Below the pieces are notes generated by a model. It ran no database searches. It saw nothing but the letters and a program-made list of their open reading frames with translations, and was not told the DNA's origin. From the NCBI GenBank assembly GCA_012521555.1, contig JAAYMC010000024.1, forward strand, positions 1,437 through 65,436: a stretch of DNA of 64,000 bases, given 5' to 3'. The position numbers and the translations under genes were made by a program. Of this stretch, positions 1 through 9,899 are shown piece by piece. Source of the DNA: Clostridiales bacterium (lineage in GTDB: Bacteria; Bacillota; Clostridia; Oscillospirales; Oscillospiraceae). Positions within the stretch are counted from its first letter, which is position 1. Every line of letters begins with the position of its first letter.

Positions 1-314
1 ACGGCTGCGGTTTTTACGCCGCTGGGCAGCAGCAGCTCCGTTATGGCCGTGACCTTGCCCGACACGCCGCTGTGAATGGGCGCCGACACCGGGCGGTCGC
101 AGTCGCCGACGACCTGGCCGACCTCCACCGTATCGCCCGCTTTCACCAAAGGAACGCAGGGGGCGCCCGCGTGCTGGGACATGGGGAGGATGATGCGCTG
201 GGGCACGGGCAGAACGCGCGTTTCGCAGTCGGCCGTGTTTTTGCGGTGCGGCACATGCACGCCGCCGCGGGGCTTTAAGCGAATAGACTCCAGAACTCTC
301 ATTATGAAAACCAT
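1..314 (-). CDS. rnfC: Rnf/Rsx electron transport complex subunit C, N-terminal part (runs off window start)
   Basis: Manual translation from ATG at 314, preceded by GAAAGG: MVFIMRVLESIRLKPRGGVHVPHRKNTADC...IILPMSQHAGAPCVPLVKAGDTVEVGQVVG...SAPIHSGVSGKV. GGVH, LPMSQHxGAP and APIHSxVSGKV are typical RnfC N-terminal motifs. A PrdC-type paralog cannot be excluded from this fragment. Confidence 0.85.
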   Translation of the reverse strand, partial: MVFIMRVLESIRLKPRGGVHVPHRKNTADCETRVLPVPQRIILPMSQHAGAPCVPLVKAGDTVEVGQVVGDCDRPVSAPIHSGVSGKVTAITELLLPSGVKTAA

Positions 315-470
315 GCCTTTCCATATCGGGCGAATCTGTGCCCGGAAGTTACGAAGAGAGACGGCGCGGCAGAGCGCCGTAAAGCGCAGTAAAACATCAA
401 GAGGAAACCGCGCGTCGAAGGGGATAGAACCTGACGGGCTTTTGAGCAGGTTCCATCGTCAATCGAGTTT

Positions 471-499
471 ATTATAATATATTTGTACTCAATGTACAA
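471..499 (-). promoter_or_regulatory. sigmaA-type promoter for rnfC
   Basis: Minus strand TTGTAC (499-494), 17-nt spacer, TATAAT (476-471). Confidence 0.6.
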
Positions 500-600
500 T
501 ATTTGCGCGGCGAAGACTCAGATTTTTTGGACAATATTGTTAATTAAAATTATAAGTGCGTTAAATTTCAGGAGGAAAACCTTATCTTTCACACAATTCT

Positions 601-618
601 TTGTCAAATAAATAACAA
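601..618. promoter_or_regulatory. Rex-like operator upstream of rnfC
   Basis: TTGTCAA-ATAA-ATAACAA, 2 mismatches to the clostridial Rex consensus TTGTTAA-N4-TTAACAA. Confidence 0.5.
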
Positions 619-816
619 CTAGTCGGATTGCCATTCTGACTGCCGGAAAAAGCCGGGCTAAAGCGTATCGCCACCGGGTTGCGGGAGAGCTTCAAACCTC
701 CTTCGGCATAAAAAATCGAGCAGGCGCTAAAGCCTGCTCTGTATTATTCAGGGAAAACCTGCGGCAAAAGAAAAAAGTGTTCATCGGGACTAAAAATCCT
801 TCATGAACACTCGTTC

Positions 817-892
817 TGGTCCGAGTGACAGGACTTGAACCTGCGGCATCCTGCTCCCAAAGCAGGCGCGCTACCAACTGCGCTACACCCGG
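817..892 (-). tRNA. tRNA-Pro (anticodon TGG)
   Basis: Reverse complement CCGGGTGTAGCGCAGTTGGTAGCGCGCCTGCTTTGGGAGCAGGATGCCGCAGGTTCAAGTCCTGTCACTCGGACCA: 7-bp acceptor stem, D loop, TGG anticodon, GTTCAA T loop, encoded CCA. Confidence 0.97.
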
Positions 893-1099
893 GCGTTTAT
901 TCAGTTTTCGCGTTTTGCACGGTATATTATACAGGATGCGCCCGAAACGTTCAAGTGGGTACTTAGCGCGCCGCCACGCGCGTTTTGGCAGGACGCGAGC
1001 GGAATTGTGATTGAAGTTTGCCGGATGTGCTGTTATAATGCTTTTAGTTAAACTGGCACCGCACTTTAACGACTTATGATGTATTGTGGAGGTATACCT

Positions 1100-1978
1100 A
1101 TGGAAGTCAGGTTAGTTGACCACGGCAAGGGCAAGCTGAAAACGCTCGTCTATTTCGCGCCCGAGGACGGGTTCTCCGTCGCTTCCGTCATCGTGTACGG
1201 CGAGAAGGAGGCCGTTCTCATCGACACGCAGTGGAGACGTTCCGACGCGTACCGCGTGGCGGCCCTCATCAGCGAGCTGGGCAGGGATCTCACGCACATC
1301 TTCGTCACCCACGCCCACCCGGACCACTACTTCGGTACGGCGTACATCGCCGAGCAGTTCCCGGGCGTAAAGTGCGTCGCACCGAAGGACTGCTACAAGA
1401 TGATTTACGACCAGTTCTATGACAAGATTGACCACTGGACGCAGGTCATCGGCAAGCTCAACGTCTGCACGAAGCGCGTCGAGCTCGAGCCGCTCGGGGA
1501 CGACAAGTGCATCATGATCGAAGGCGAGCGCATCGAAATCTTCACCGAGCGCATGGGCGACGTGAAGTACAACTCCCTCGTCTGGATCCCCTCGATTAAG
1601 ACGGTCTACGGCAGCGACATTCTCTTCTCCGAGTCGCACCCGTTCACCTGCGAAGTGACGAAGGCCGAGCGCCAGAAGTGGCTCGAGGACCTCGACTTCA
1701 TCGAGAGCTTAAAGCCGGAAGTCATCATCCCGGGCCACGCCAAACCCGGCATGCCGTTTACGCTCTGCTCCGTCGATTTCACCCGTGCCTACCTGCACGC
1801 GACGGAAGAAGTCCTCGCGAGCACCAGGACGGCCGGCGAGTTCTTCCTCGAGATGTGCCGCCGCTTCCCGAACGCCAACCTGGTCATGCTCTCCAACGAG
1901 ATGAACGCCACGGTATTCAAGGGCGGCAGAGAGTGGAACTGGCGCGAAGACGACGTCGACCCGACGACTGGCGAGTAA
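1100..1978 (+). CDS. MBL-fold metallo-hydrolase, substrate unknown
   Basis: LIDTQW, THAHPDHYFG (HxHxDH) and IIPGH motifs. GGAGG RBS 7 nt before ATG 1100. Confidence 0.85.
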   Translation: MEVRLVDHGKGKLKTLVYFAPEDGFSVASVIVYGEKEAVLIDTQWRRSDAYRVAALISELGRDLTHIFVTHAHPDHYFGTAYIAEQFPGVKCVAPKDCYKMIYDQFYDKIDHWTQVIGKLNVCTKRVELEPLGDDKCIMIEGERIEIFTERMGDVKYNSLVWIPSIKTVYGSDILFSESHPFTCEVTKAERQKWLEDLDFIESLKPEVIIPGHAKPGMPFTLCSVDFTRAYLHATEEVLASTRTAGEFFLEMCRRFPNANLVMLSNEMNATVFKGGREWNWREDDVDPTTGE

Positions 1979-2019
1979 CTGACTTACTTACTGACTTACT
2001 TAAAGTACATGCAGAGAAA

Positions 2020-2052
2020 AAAACGCGTGCCGCTTTAAGCGGCACGCGTTTT
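2020..2052. terminator. bidirectional intrinsic terminator
   Basis: AAAACGCGTGCCGC-TTTAA-GCGGCACGCGTTTT between convergent genes. Confidence 0.85.
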
Positions 2053-2082
2053 CTCAAGCATGACATAAACAGCGGAAAAACC

Positions 2083-3135
<1,053 letters not shown>

Positions 3136-3500
3136 TCATTATAGCAACATTCCGACATAAATTAAAGACTTTCGATAAAGAAAGCGATATTCTCACAAAA
3201 ACATGAGAAAAAAGTCTTGAGTATATCTCGTCGTTTTGCTATCATTAAAAAGTGTATTTTGCACCAAAACATAGCCTGATACATAGATTTCGACATGGTT
3301 TTTACTGCGCCGGTGGAAAGCTTTTACGCGTATTTTCCGCCGGAAATGCCCACATAGTTTTAGTAGCGGGGCTATAGTCTGACTTATCCTTAGAACGTCA
3401 AAGCGCCGGATTTCCCGGCGGACTTTTTGTGCCGGATAAGGCTTTTACAGAAAAATACGATCGAAAGGTGTTTTGTCCCTTGGTTGTGCGTCGTGACAAC

Positions 3501-4550
3501 ATGTATTCGCCCCTGTCTGTTGTCGTCCTGAAAGACGGAGAGGTGCTTTACTATGATCCCGCTGCGGCGGAAATCTTCCCGGATATTGAAAACTTAAACC
3601 CTGAGGCGATTTTTGACGGGCCGATCCCGGGCGCGGACGAAGAGCCCGTCGCAAAGGAAATCACGGTGGACGGGCAGGCCGTTTTCGTCAGCGCCGTCAC
3701 GCAAAACGGCTATACCGTGCTGGTCTTGCGCAAATCGGACAGCGTCGGCGAGCAGGCGCTGTGCGCCATCGAAGCGGCAAGCGGCGAGATGCGCAATCTC
3801 CTGAGCGTGATGAAGATGGCCTCCGGCCTGATGATCCAGCACGTTGAGAGCTTCGCTAACACAAAGCTGAACAAGTACGTGTCCATGCTGACGCACAGTT
3901 ATTTCAGCCTGCTGCGCCTGACCAACAATCTGTCCGACTTCAGCAGCTACCTGCGCGGCACGTACTACTTAAACTGCGCGTTTTTCGATATCGCCGCGCT
4001 CGTCAATGAACTGGCCGATTCGCTCAACACCGTGCTGCAGGACAAGGACATCGCCGTCGACGTCATCGGCGGGGACAAGCCGATCCTCATCTTCGCCGAC
4101 CGCGAGAAAGTCATAAAGCTCATTTTAAACCTCGTGTCCAACGCCGTCGCCGGCATCGGCGACCGTGGAACAATCACGCTCTCCGTCGCGTCAAACAAAG
4201 AGCGCGTCGTCCTGTCCGTCGCGGACAACGGGAGAGGACTGACGGAAGAGGAGATCGCCGCGGTCTGGAACCGCTATCAGGCGCGGGGAAGCGGCGAGGC
4301 GCACAAGGGAGTCGGCCTCGGCATGACGATTGTGCAGATGATTGCCCGCCAGCACGGCGGGAATGTCGTCCTGGAGTCTCAGGCCGGCGTGGGGACGAAA
4401 GTCACGGTGTCGCTGCCCCTGTTCGCTCAGGAAGACACGAGCCTTAAGACGGAAAAAACCGTGTACGAGAGCTCCGGCTTCTCGCCGGTGCTGACGGAGC
4501 TGGCCGGCGTCCTGAATTATACGAAGTACGACCCCAGGTTTATTGAGTGA
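3501..4550 (+). CDS. cytoplasmic histidine kinase-like protein (HATPase domain intact, H-box His apparently replaced)
   Basis: N box KLILNLVSNA, G1 DNGRG, G2 GVGLGM. The H-box position reads ASGEMRNLL. No transmembrane segment. Start codon uncertain. Confidence 0.8.
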   Translation: MYSPLSVVVLKDGEVLYYDPAAAEIFPDIENLNPEAIFDGPIPGADEEPVAKEITVDGQAVFVSAVTQNGYTVLVLRKSDSVGEQALCAIEAASGEMRNLLSVMKMASGLMIQHVESFANTKLNKYVSMLTHSYFSLLRLTNNLSDFSSYLRGTYYLNCAFFDIAALVNELADSLNTVLQDKDIAVDVIGGDKPILIFADREKVIKLILNLVSNAVAGIGDRGTITLSVASNKERVVLSVADNGRGLTEEEIAAVWNRYQARGSGEAHKGVGLGMTIVQMIARQHGGNVVLESQAGVGTKVTVSLPLFAQEDTSLKTEKTVYESSGFSPVLTELAGVLNYTKYDPRFIE

Positions 4551-4580
4551 CGCGGCTTTTTTCACGGGGGTGAAAGGGCT

Positions 4581-5840
4581 ATGGAGACGACGAAGACCCT
4601 CGGCATTTATATTCATATACCGTTTTGCATGGCAAAATGCGCCTACTGCGACTTTTACTCCCTGGCCGACCGCGAGAAGCTCATGCCGGATTTCCAGCAT
4701 GCCCTTCTCCGCCACATCAAGGAGTACGCGCCGCAGCTGGACGGGTACCTGATCGACACCGTCTATTTCGGCGGCGGCACGCCCAGTTTCTACGGGAGCG
4801 ACCGCCTCATCCGCATTTTCAACGCCCTGAAAAAATACGGCAACGTCCTTATCGACTCGGAGGTGACCGTCGAGGTCAACCCCGGCACCATCACGAAGGC
4901 GGATATGCAGCGCCTCATCCGCACCGGGTTTAACCGCATATCCATCGGCGTGCAGACGTCGGACGACGGGCTGCTCAAAAGCCTGGGCCGCCGCCACACC
5001 TTCGCCGACGCGGAGGAGACGGTGAAAAACGCGCGCGAGGCCGGGTTTAAAAACGTGAGCATCGACCTCATCTACGGCCTGCCGTCCCAGACGCGCGACG
5101 CGTGGGCGGAGACGCTCAACCGCGCCGCCGCGCTCAAGCCGGACCACATCTCGTGTTACGGCCTGAAAATTGAGGAGGGGTCGCAGCTTTATATCTACAA
5201 GAACTCGCCCTTCATCCCGGACGACGACGCGCAAGCCGATATGTACCTGTACGCGGTGGAGGCCCTCGAGCGGTTCGGCTACAGGCAGTACGAAATCTCA
5301 AACTTCGCCCGCCGCGGGTTTGAGTCGAAGCACAACCTCAAGTACTGGATGGGGGACGAGTACCTCGGCTTCGGCCCGGGGGCGCACTCCTACATCGGCG
5401 GCAAACGGTACAACTTCATCGCCGACCTCGAGCGGTATATCGAAAACGTCCTCAGCGGCAAGTCTGTGGTGGACTTAAGCGAGGAAATCACCGATTTCGA
5501 GCGCGCGAGCGAGTACCTCATGCTCCGGCTTCGCACGACGCGGGGCATCTCCGAGGAGGAGTACTACGAGATCTACCCGTGCAGCATGGAAAAGGCGGTC
5601 GAGCTCTTCAAGCAGTATGAAAAGCACGGCTGGGCGCAGTTTAAGGACGGGCGGTGGAGCTTCACGCCCGAGGGCTTTTTACGCTCGAACATCCTCATCG
5701 GCCAGCTCCTCGAGACGCAGACGAAGCAGCGCTCGCTGATGACGCGCCCGTGGGAGCAGCCGGAAGACGCCCTGCTGCGCTCGCAGCTGACGCTGTTCGA
5801 CTTAAAGCCCAAGGAAGTGCAGATGTTCCGCGGGATTTAG
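4581..5840 (+). CDS. hemW: radical SAM heme chaperone HemW (HemN-like)
   Basis: IYIHIPFCMAKCAYCDF (CxxxCxxC), YFGGGTPS, YEISNFA, HNLKYW, YLGFGPGAHS. Confidence 0.92.
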   Translation: METTKTLGIYIHIPFCMAKCAYCDFYSLADREKLMPDFQHALLRHIKEYAPQLDGYLIDTVYFGGGTPSFYGSDRLIRIFNALKKYGNVLIDSEVTVEVNPGTITKADMQRLIRTGFNRISIGVQTSDDGLLKSLGRRHTFADAEETVKNAREAGFKNVSIDLIYGLPSQTRDAWAETLNRAAALKPDHISCYGLKIEEGSQLYIYKNSPFIPDDDAQADMYLYAVEALERFGYRQYEISNFARRGFESKHNLKYWMGDEYLGFGPGAHSYIGGKRYNFIADLERYIENVLSGKSVVDLSEEITDFERASEYLMLRLRTTRGISEEEYYEIYPCSMEKAVELFKQYEKHGWAQFKDGRWSFTPEGFLRSNILIGQLLETQTKQRSLMTRPWEQPEDALLRSQLTLFDLKPKEVQMFRGI

Positions 5841-5983
5841 GGGAGCGCCCTGAAAGAGTAACAGATATTGTATCTAAATGTAATCGATTGTTCTTGAATT
5901 TACGGCGCTCGACTCGTTAGACTAATAGAAAAACCGCTGTGTTTTGCGGCGGTTTTTGGGAGAATGTGGACTTTTACGTAGAA

Positions 5984-7744
5984 ATGAGTGTTATGGTGAA
6001 GAAAGCAGCAGAAAAAAAAGGAAACAAGACGGTAAAAGTCATTATAATAACCGCTTTGGCGCTTGTTGTCGTCGTCGTGGGCGGCATACTCGGCGCCGGG
6101 CTTTACGCCGGCGGGATGGGCACCGTTTTTCCCAACGTCTCGGCAAGCGGCGTCCCCCTCGGGGGGCTGACGCTTTCTGAGGCGGCGCGCGCCCTTGCCG
6201 GCGCCGGATACGATAAGAGCCTTGAGCAGGTCTACGCCGTCATCAATTTCCCCGACGACGAGTCGCTCGTCGTGAAAGGGACGGAGGCGGGGCTTTCGCT
6301 CACGTCGCAGCAGGCGGCGCAGGTCGCCTACGATTACGGCAGGTCGCCGAACGTGTTCCGCCGCGGCGTCAACTATTTAACCTCGTTCTTTAAAAGCGTG
6401 GACGTGCTGCGCGATAAGCTCGGCCCGCTCAACGAAGGGTACCTGCGCGGCGTTGTCAGGGAGCGCGTGGAGGCTTTCAACCGCAAGGCCGAGAAAGACA
6501 GCTACACCGTCACCGAAACGCAGATTCTCATCACGAAGGGCAGCGCGGGCCGGAAGGCCGACGAGGACGCCGTGTACACGATGCTCGTCGACGCGCTGGT
6601 CAAGTCGGCGGAGCAGAACGCGCCCGTCGAAGTGGAATACAACATCGGCAGCGAGGGCGGGGACACCATCGACCTCGAGGCCATCTTAAACGACGTCAGG
6701 GTCGAGCCCGTCAACGCGCGGTACGACCCGGAGACGTACTCCATCGTCCCGCATGTAAACGGCGTGAGCTTCGACCTCGAGGCGGCCAGAAAAGCGCTCG
6801 AGAGCGCCGATACGGGCGAGACGGTGGCAATTGACCTCGTTATCGCCCCGCCGGATGTCACGACGGAGGCGCTCGAGAAAATCTATTTTGCCGACGTGCT
6901 CGTCGAGAAGACGACGCATGTGGCCGGCACGAGCAACCGCCGCCACAATGTGCGCCTTGCGGCCGAGACCATCAACAACCTCGTGCTCAATCCGGGCGAC
7001 ACCTTCTCGTTTAACAAGACGGTCGGCCAGCGCACGCTCGAGCGCGGCTACAAGCCGGCCGGCGCGTACGTGGGCGGCGAAGTCGTCGACGAAGTCGGCG
7101 GCGGGATATGCCAGGTCTCGTCGATGCTCTACCACAACGCGTTGTACGCGGATCTGGAAATCGTCAGCCGCAAAAACCACATGTTCACCGTCTCGTACCT
7201 GCCGCTCGGCATCGACGCCACAATCAACTGGGGCACCATCGACTTTAAGTTCAAAAACAACACCGATTACCCCATCCGCATCGTCACGCACTACGACGAG
7301 GAGAAACACGACCTGACCGTCACGTTCTACGGGACGAAGACGTCCGACAAGAGGATTGAGGTCGTCTACGAAGTCATAAAGAAGACGAACCCGGAGACGA
7401 TTTATAAAGAAGACCCGAGCGTCGCCGAGGGGAAGACCGTCACGAAGCAATCGGGCAGCGCCGGCTACACGGTGGACACCTATAAGCTGGTGTACGACAA
7501 GGACGGCAAGCTCGAGAGCAAGACGTACATCGACCGCAGCACGTACCGCCCGCAAAACAAGATCGTGCTCGTCCCCGTCGGCTCGCTCACCCAGGGCGAG
7601 GCGGGAGCGCCGGCGCAGGAGACGGGCGCAAATGAGTCGCCCGCGCCCGAAGCGCCTGAGACGCCCGTGACGCCGCCGCCCGCGCCCGAACCTCCCGCCG
7701 GAGAGCCCGCGGATGCTCAGACGGCCGGCGAGGCGGCGGAATAA
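5984..7744 (+). CDS. membrane-anchored VanW family protein with peptidoglycan-binding and G5-like regions and a Pro/Glu/Ala-rich tail
   Basis: N-terminal basic stretch plus TM helix. VanW core NRRHNVRLAA...FSFNKTVGQRT...GGGICQVSSMLY...DATINWGTIDFKFKN. Start uncertain (5984 or 5993). Confidence 0.85.
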   Translation: MSVMVKKAAEKKGNKTVKVIIITALALVVVVVGGILGAGLYAGGMGTVFPNVSASGVPLGGLTLSEAARALAGAGYDKSLEQVYAVINFPDDESLVVKGTEAGLSLTSQQAAQVAYDYGRSPNVFRRGVNYLTSFFKSVDVLRDKLGPLNEGYLRGVVRERVEAFNRKAEKDSYTVTETQILITKGSAGRKADEDAVYTMLVDALVKSAEQNAPVEVEYNIGSEGGDTIDLEAILNDVRVEPVNARYDPETYSIVPHVNGVSFDLEAARKALESADTGETVAIDLVIAPPDVTTEALEKIYFADVLVEKTTHVAGTSNRRHNVRLAAETINNLVLNPGDTFSFNKTVGQRTLERGYKPAGAYVGGEVVDEVGGGICQVSSMLYHNALYADLEIVSRKNHMFTVSYLPLGIDATINWGTIDFKFKNNTDYPIRIVTHYDEEKHDLTVTFYGTKTSDKRIEVVYEVIKKTNPETIYKEDPSVAEGKTVTKQSGSAGYTVDTYKLVYDKDGKLESKTYIDRSTYRPQNKIVLVPVGSLTQGEAGAPAQETGANESPAPEAPETPVTPPPAPEPPAGEPADAQTAGEAAE

Positions 7745-7747
7745 GTG

Positions 7748-7780
7748 AAAAAACAGCCGAACGCCGTTCGGCTGTTTTTT
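7748..7780 (+). terminator. intrinsic terminator
   Basis: AAAAAACAGCCGAAC-GCC-GTTCGGCTGTTTTTT. Confidence 0.8.
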
Positions 7781-7860
7781 GCCGCGCTCTCAAAGCGGAA
7801 TATCTCCGCCGCCGCGCCAATATCGTAAGAAAGGCAGTATGCAGAAAAGGAAGCCGGAGT

Positions 7861-8430
7861 ATGAGTTTTATTGAAATTATTGCGCTCGCATTTGGCCTTG
7901 CGATGGACGCCGTCGCCGTCGCAATCTGCAAGGGGCTTGGCGCCGTGCGCCTGACGTGGAAGAATACCCTGACCGTCGGCGCGTGGTTCGGCGGCTTTCA
8001 GGCCCTTATGCCGGCGCTCGGCTTCCTCCTCGGCACGACGTTTGCCGGCTACATCAAGGCGTATTCCGGATGGATTGCCTTTGTGCTCCTCGCCGTCATC
8101 GGCGTGAACATGATCCGCGAAGCCATTTCGGGAGAAGGCGCGGAGGACCACCCCGCCGTCTGCTCCTTTTCGGCGCGCTCGATGTTTCTGCCCGCCGTCG
8201 CCACCAGCATCGACGCTCTCGCCGTGGGCGTGACGTTTTCGTTCCTCGACGTCGATATCCTGCCCGCGGCGGCCCTCATCGGCGTGATGACGTTTATCCT
8301 CTCCGGCATCGGCGTGCGCATCGGGCACTTCTTCGGCAAGCGCTTTCAAAAGCCCGCGGAAATCACGGGCGGGTGCATCCTCTGCCTGCTGGGCGTGAAA
8401 ATCCTCCTTGAGCAGCTCGGCGTGCTGTAA
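7861..8430 (+). CDS. mntP: manganese efflux pump MntP family
   Basis: Two repeats GLAMDAVAVAI and ATSIDALAVG; six hydrophobic segments. Confidence 0.9.
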   Translation: MSFIEIIALAFGLAMDAVAVAICKGLGAVRLTWKNTLTVGAWFGGFQALMPALGFLLGTTFAGYIKAYSGWIAFVLLAVIGVNMIREAISGEGAEDHPAVCSFSARSMFLPAVATSIDALAVGVTFSFLDVDILPAAALIGVMTFILSGIGVRIGHFFGKRFQKPAEITGGCILCLLGVKILLEQLGVL

Positions 8431-8460
8431 GCGTCGAAGGTTATATGGCCAATAAAATAA

Positions 8461-8490
8461 AAAACCGCGCACTTGCCAGTGCGCGGTTTT
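8461..8490. terminator. bidirectional intrinsic terminator
   Basis: AAAACCGCGCACT-TGCC-AGTGCGCGGTTTT between convergent genes. Confidence 0.8.
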
Positions 8491-8565
8491 TCGCGTTTTG
8501 GCGGCTTGCCGCCGCTTTTTTGCAATTCGAGCGTTTTTGCGCGATGCAGCCTCATCGCGGTTGCT

Positions 8566-9693
8566 TTAGGCGTCCGGGCTGTCAGCAAGCCACGTGACGA
8601 GCAGGTCCACGCACGCACCGTAGGAGCGGACGCCGAGCTCCTGCCCGTAGCTTTTGAGGAACCCGTCGTACAGGGTCGACGCCGCCTCCGACGCCGGCGT
8701 CTCGAAACGCTCCCAGTAGGCGCTCTGCTCGGCAAAGTCGGAAAGGACTTCGGCGCTGAGCGTCTGGGACAGGGCGTACCACGCGTCGGGGTCGGCCCCG
8801 TAGAGCGCGTCGGAGAGGTAGAGCAGGCCGCCGAAGTACCCGGAGTAGGCGTAGACGTCGTTTCCGGAGGTGATGCAGGCGGCAATCGAGGCGAAGTTGG
8901 CCTCGTCCTCCGAGTGGACGCCGCGCTGGTGCGCCATTTCGTGGGCGATTGTAAACGGGATGGTAAAGACCGGCACGTCCACGTTGACGTTCGCCTCGCC
9001 CGTAAACCCGTAGTACACGCCCGTAAAGCCGAGGTAGCTCATGATTCTGGAAAAAATCATCGGCTTCGGGGGGTAGGCGGGGGCGTCCATCACGGGAAAC
9101 TCCGAGACAATCCCGTCGTACACGGCGGCGGACTGGTCGAAGATCTCGCGCAGGGGGACGCGCACGCGCCCGTTTTCATCCCGCGGGACTTTTCTGGAGT
9201 ATTCGCTCGCCTTCTCGGCAAACAGCGCCGTAACGCGCCTTAAGTCCTCGACGGAGACGCCGTCGCTTATCAGGCCGGTCTTTTCCGCGAGATTGCGGCC
9301 GCTGTAGCCGATGCCCCACGTCCACGAAAACAGCGCCGCTACCCACGCCGCCACGGTGACCATGACGGACAGGTGCCGCAAAACAGCCTTCAGCCGCGCG
9401 GTGCGGCGGATGAGCGCGACGATGAGCGCGGCAAGCGCCGCAAATACCCAGACAACGCACGCGGCGATGAGGATTTCGCTGACGGATATGTAGCGCAGCG
9501 GCCCGAGCGAGGTGACTTGAGCGAGAAAGCCGCGCAGCGGGGCGGAAATCGCTTGCTCCGCCCGGTCCGCCCGGGTCGGGTCCCCCCGCATGATAAGGAA
9601 GAGCAGGAGAGAGAAAAGCGGTATGATGAGCGCCGCAATGCGGACTGCAAGGGCGCAGCGCGCGGCGCGTTTTTGTCTGAGCTTATGTACCAT
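8566..9693 (-). CDS. DUF3810-like membrane zincin protein
   Basis: N-terminal TM helices; GFTGVYYGFTGEANVN, TIAHEMAHQRG (HExxH), EDEANF. Confidence 0.8.
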   Translation of the reverse strand: MVHKLRQKRAARCALAVRIAALIIPLFSLLLFLIMRGDPTRADRAEQAISAPLRGFLAQVTSLGPLRYISVSEILIAACVVWVFAALAALIVALIRRTARLKAVLRHLSVMVTVAAWVAALFSWTWGIGYSGRNLAEKTGLISDGVSVEDLRRVTALFAEKASEYSRKVPRDENGRVRVPLREIFDQSAAVYDGIVSEFPVMDAPAYPPKPMIFSRIMSYLGFTGVYYGFTGEANVNVDVPVFTIPFTIAHEMAHQRGVHSEDEANFASIAACITSGNDVYAYSGYFGGLLYLSDALYGADPDAWYALSQTLSAEVLSDFAEQSAYWERFETPASEAASTLYDGFLKSYGQELGVRSYGACVDLLVTWLADSPDA

Positions 9694-9899
9694 TGCGGCA
9701 CCTCCTTGCCGGTTCTACCGACAGTATAGAGGCCCGGGCGCCCGGACGCAAGCCATAAAACATGGCGGCGCAACCAGTTGCTCCATTACGCGCAAAAAAG
9801 ACGGAAAACGCCATCAGACCGCGGGTATTAACATTCTCGCTTGCAAGTCCGCGAAATTGTACTATAATGGTAATAACACAATATTTGGGAGGCGGCGTC

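Noticed and set aside
1978-2001. 12-bp tandem duplication ACTGACTTACTT x2
   Set aside because: Two copies only, in a spacer between convergent genes; consistent with replication slippage.
7781-7860. yybP-ykoY manganese riboswitch before mntP
   Set aside because: Only about 80 nt lie between the terminator and the start, and I could not find the conserved core.
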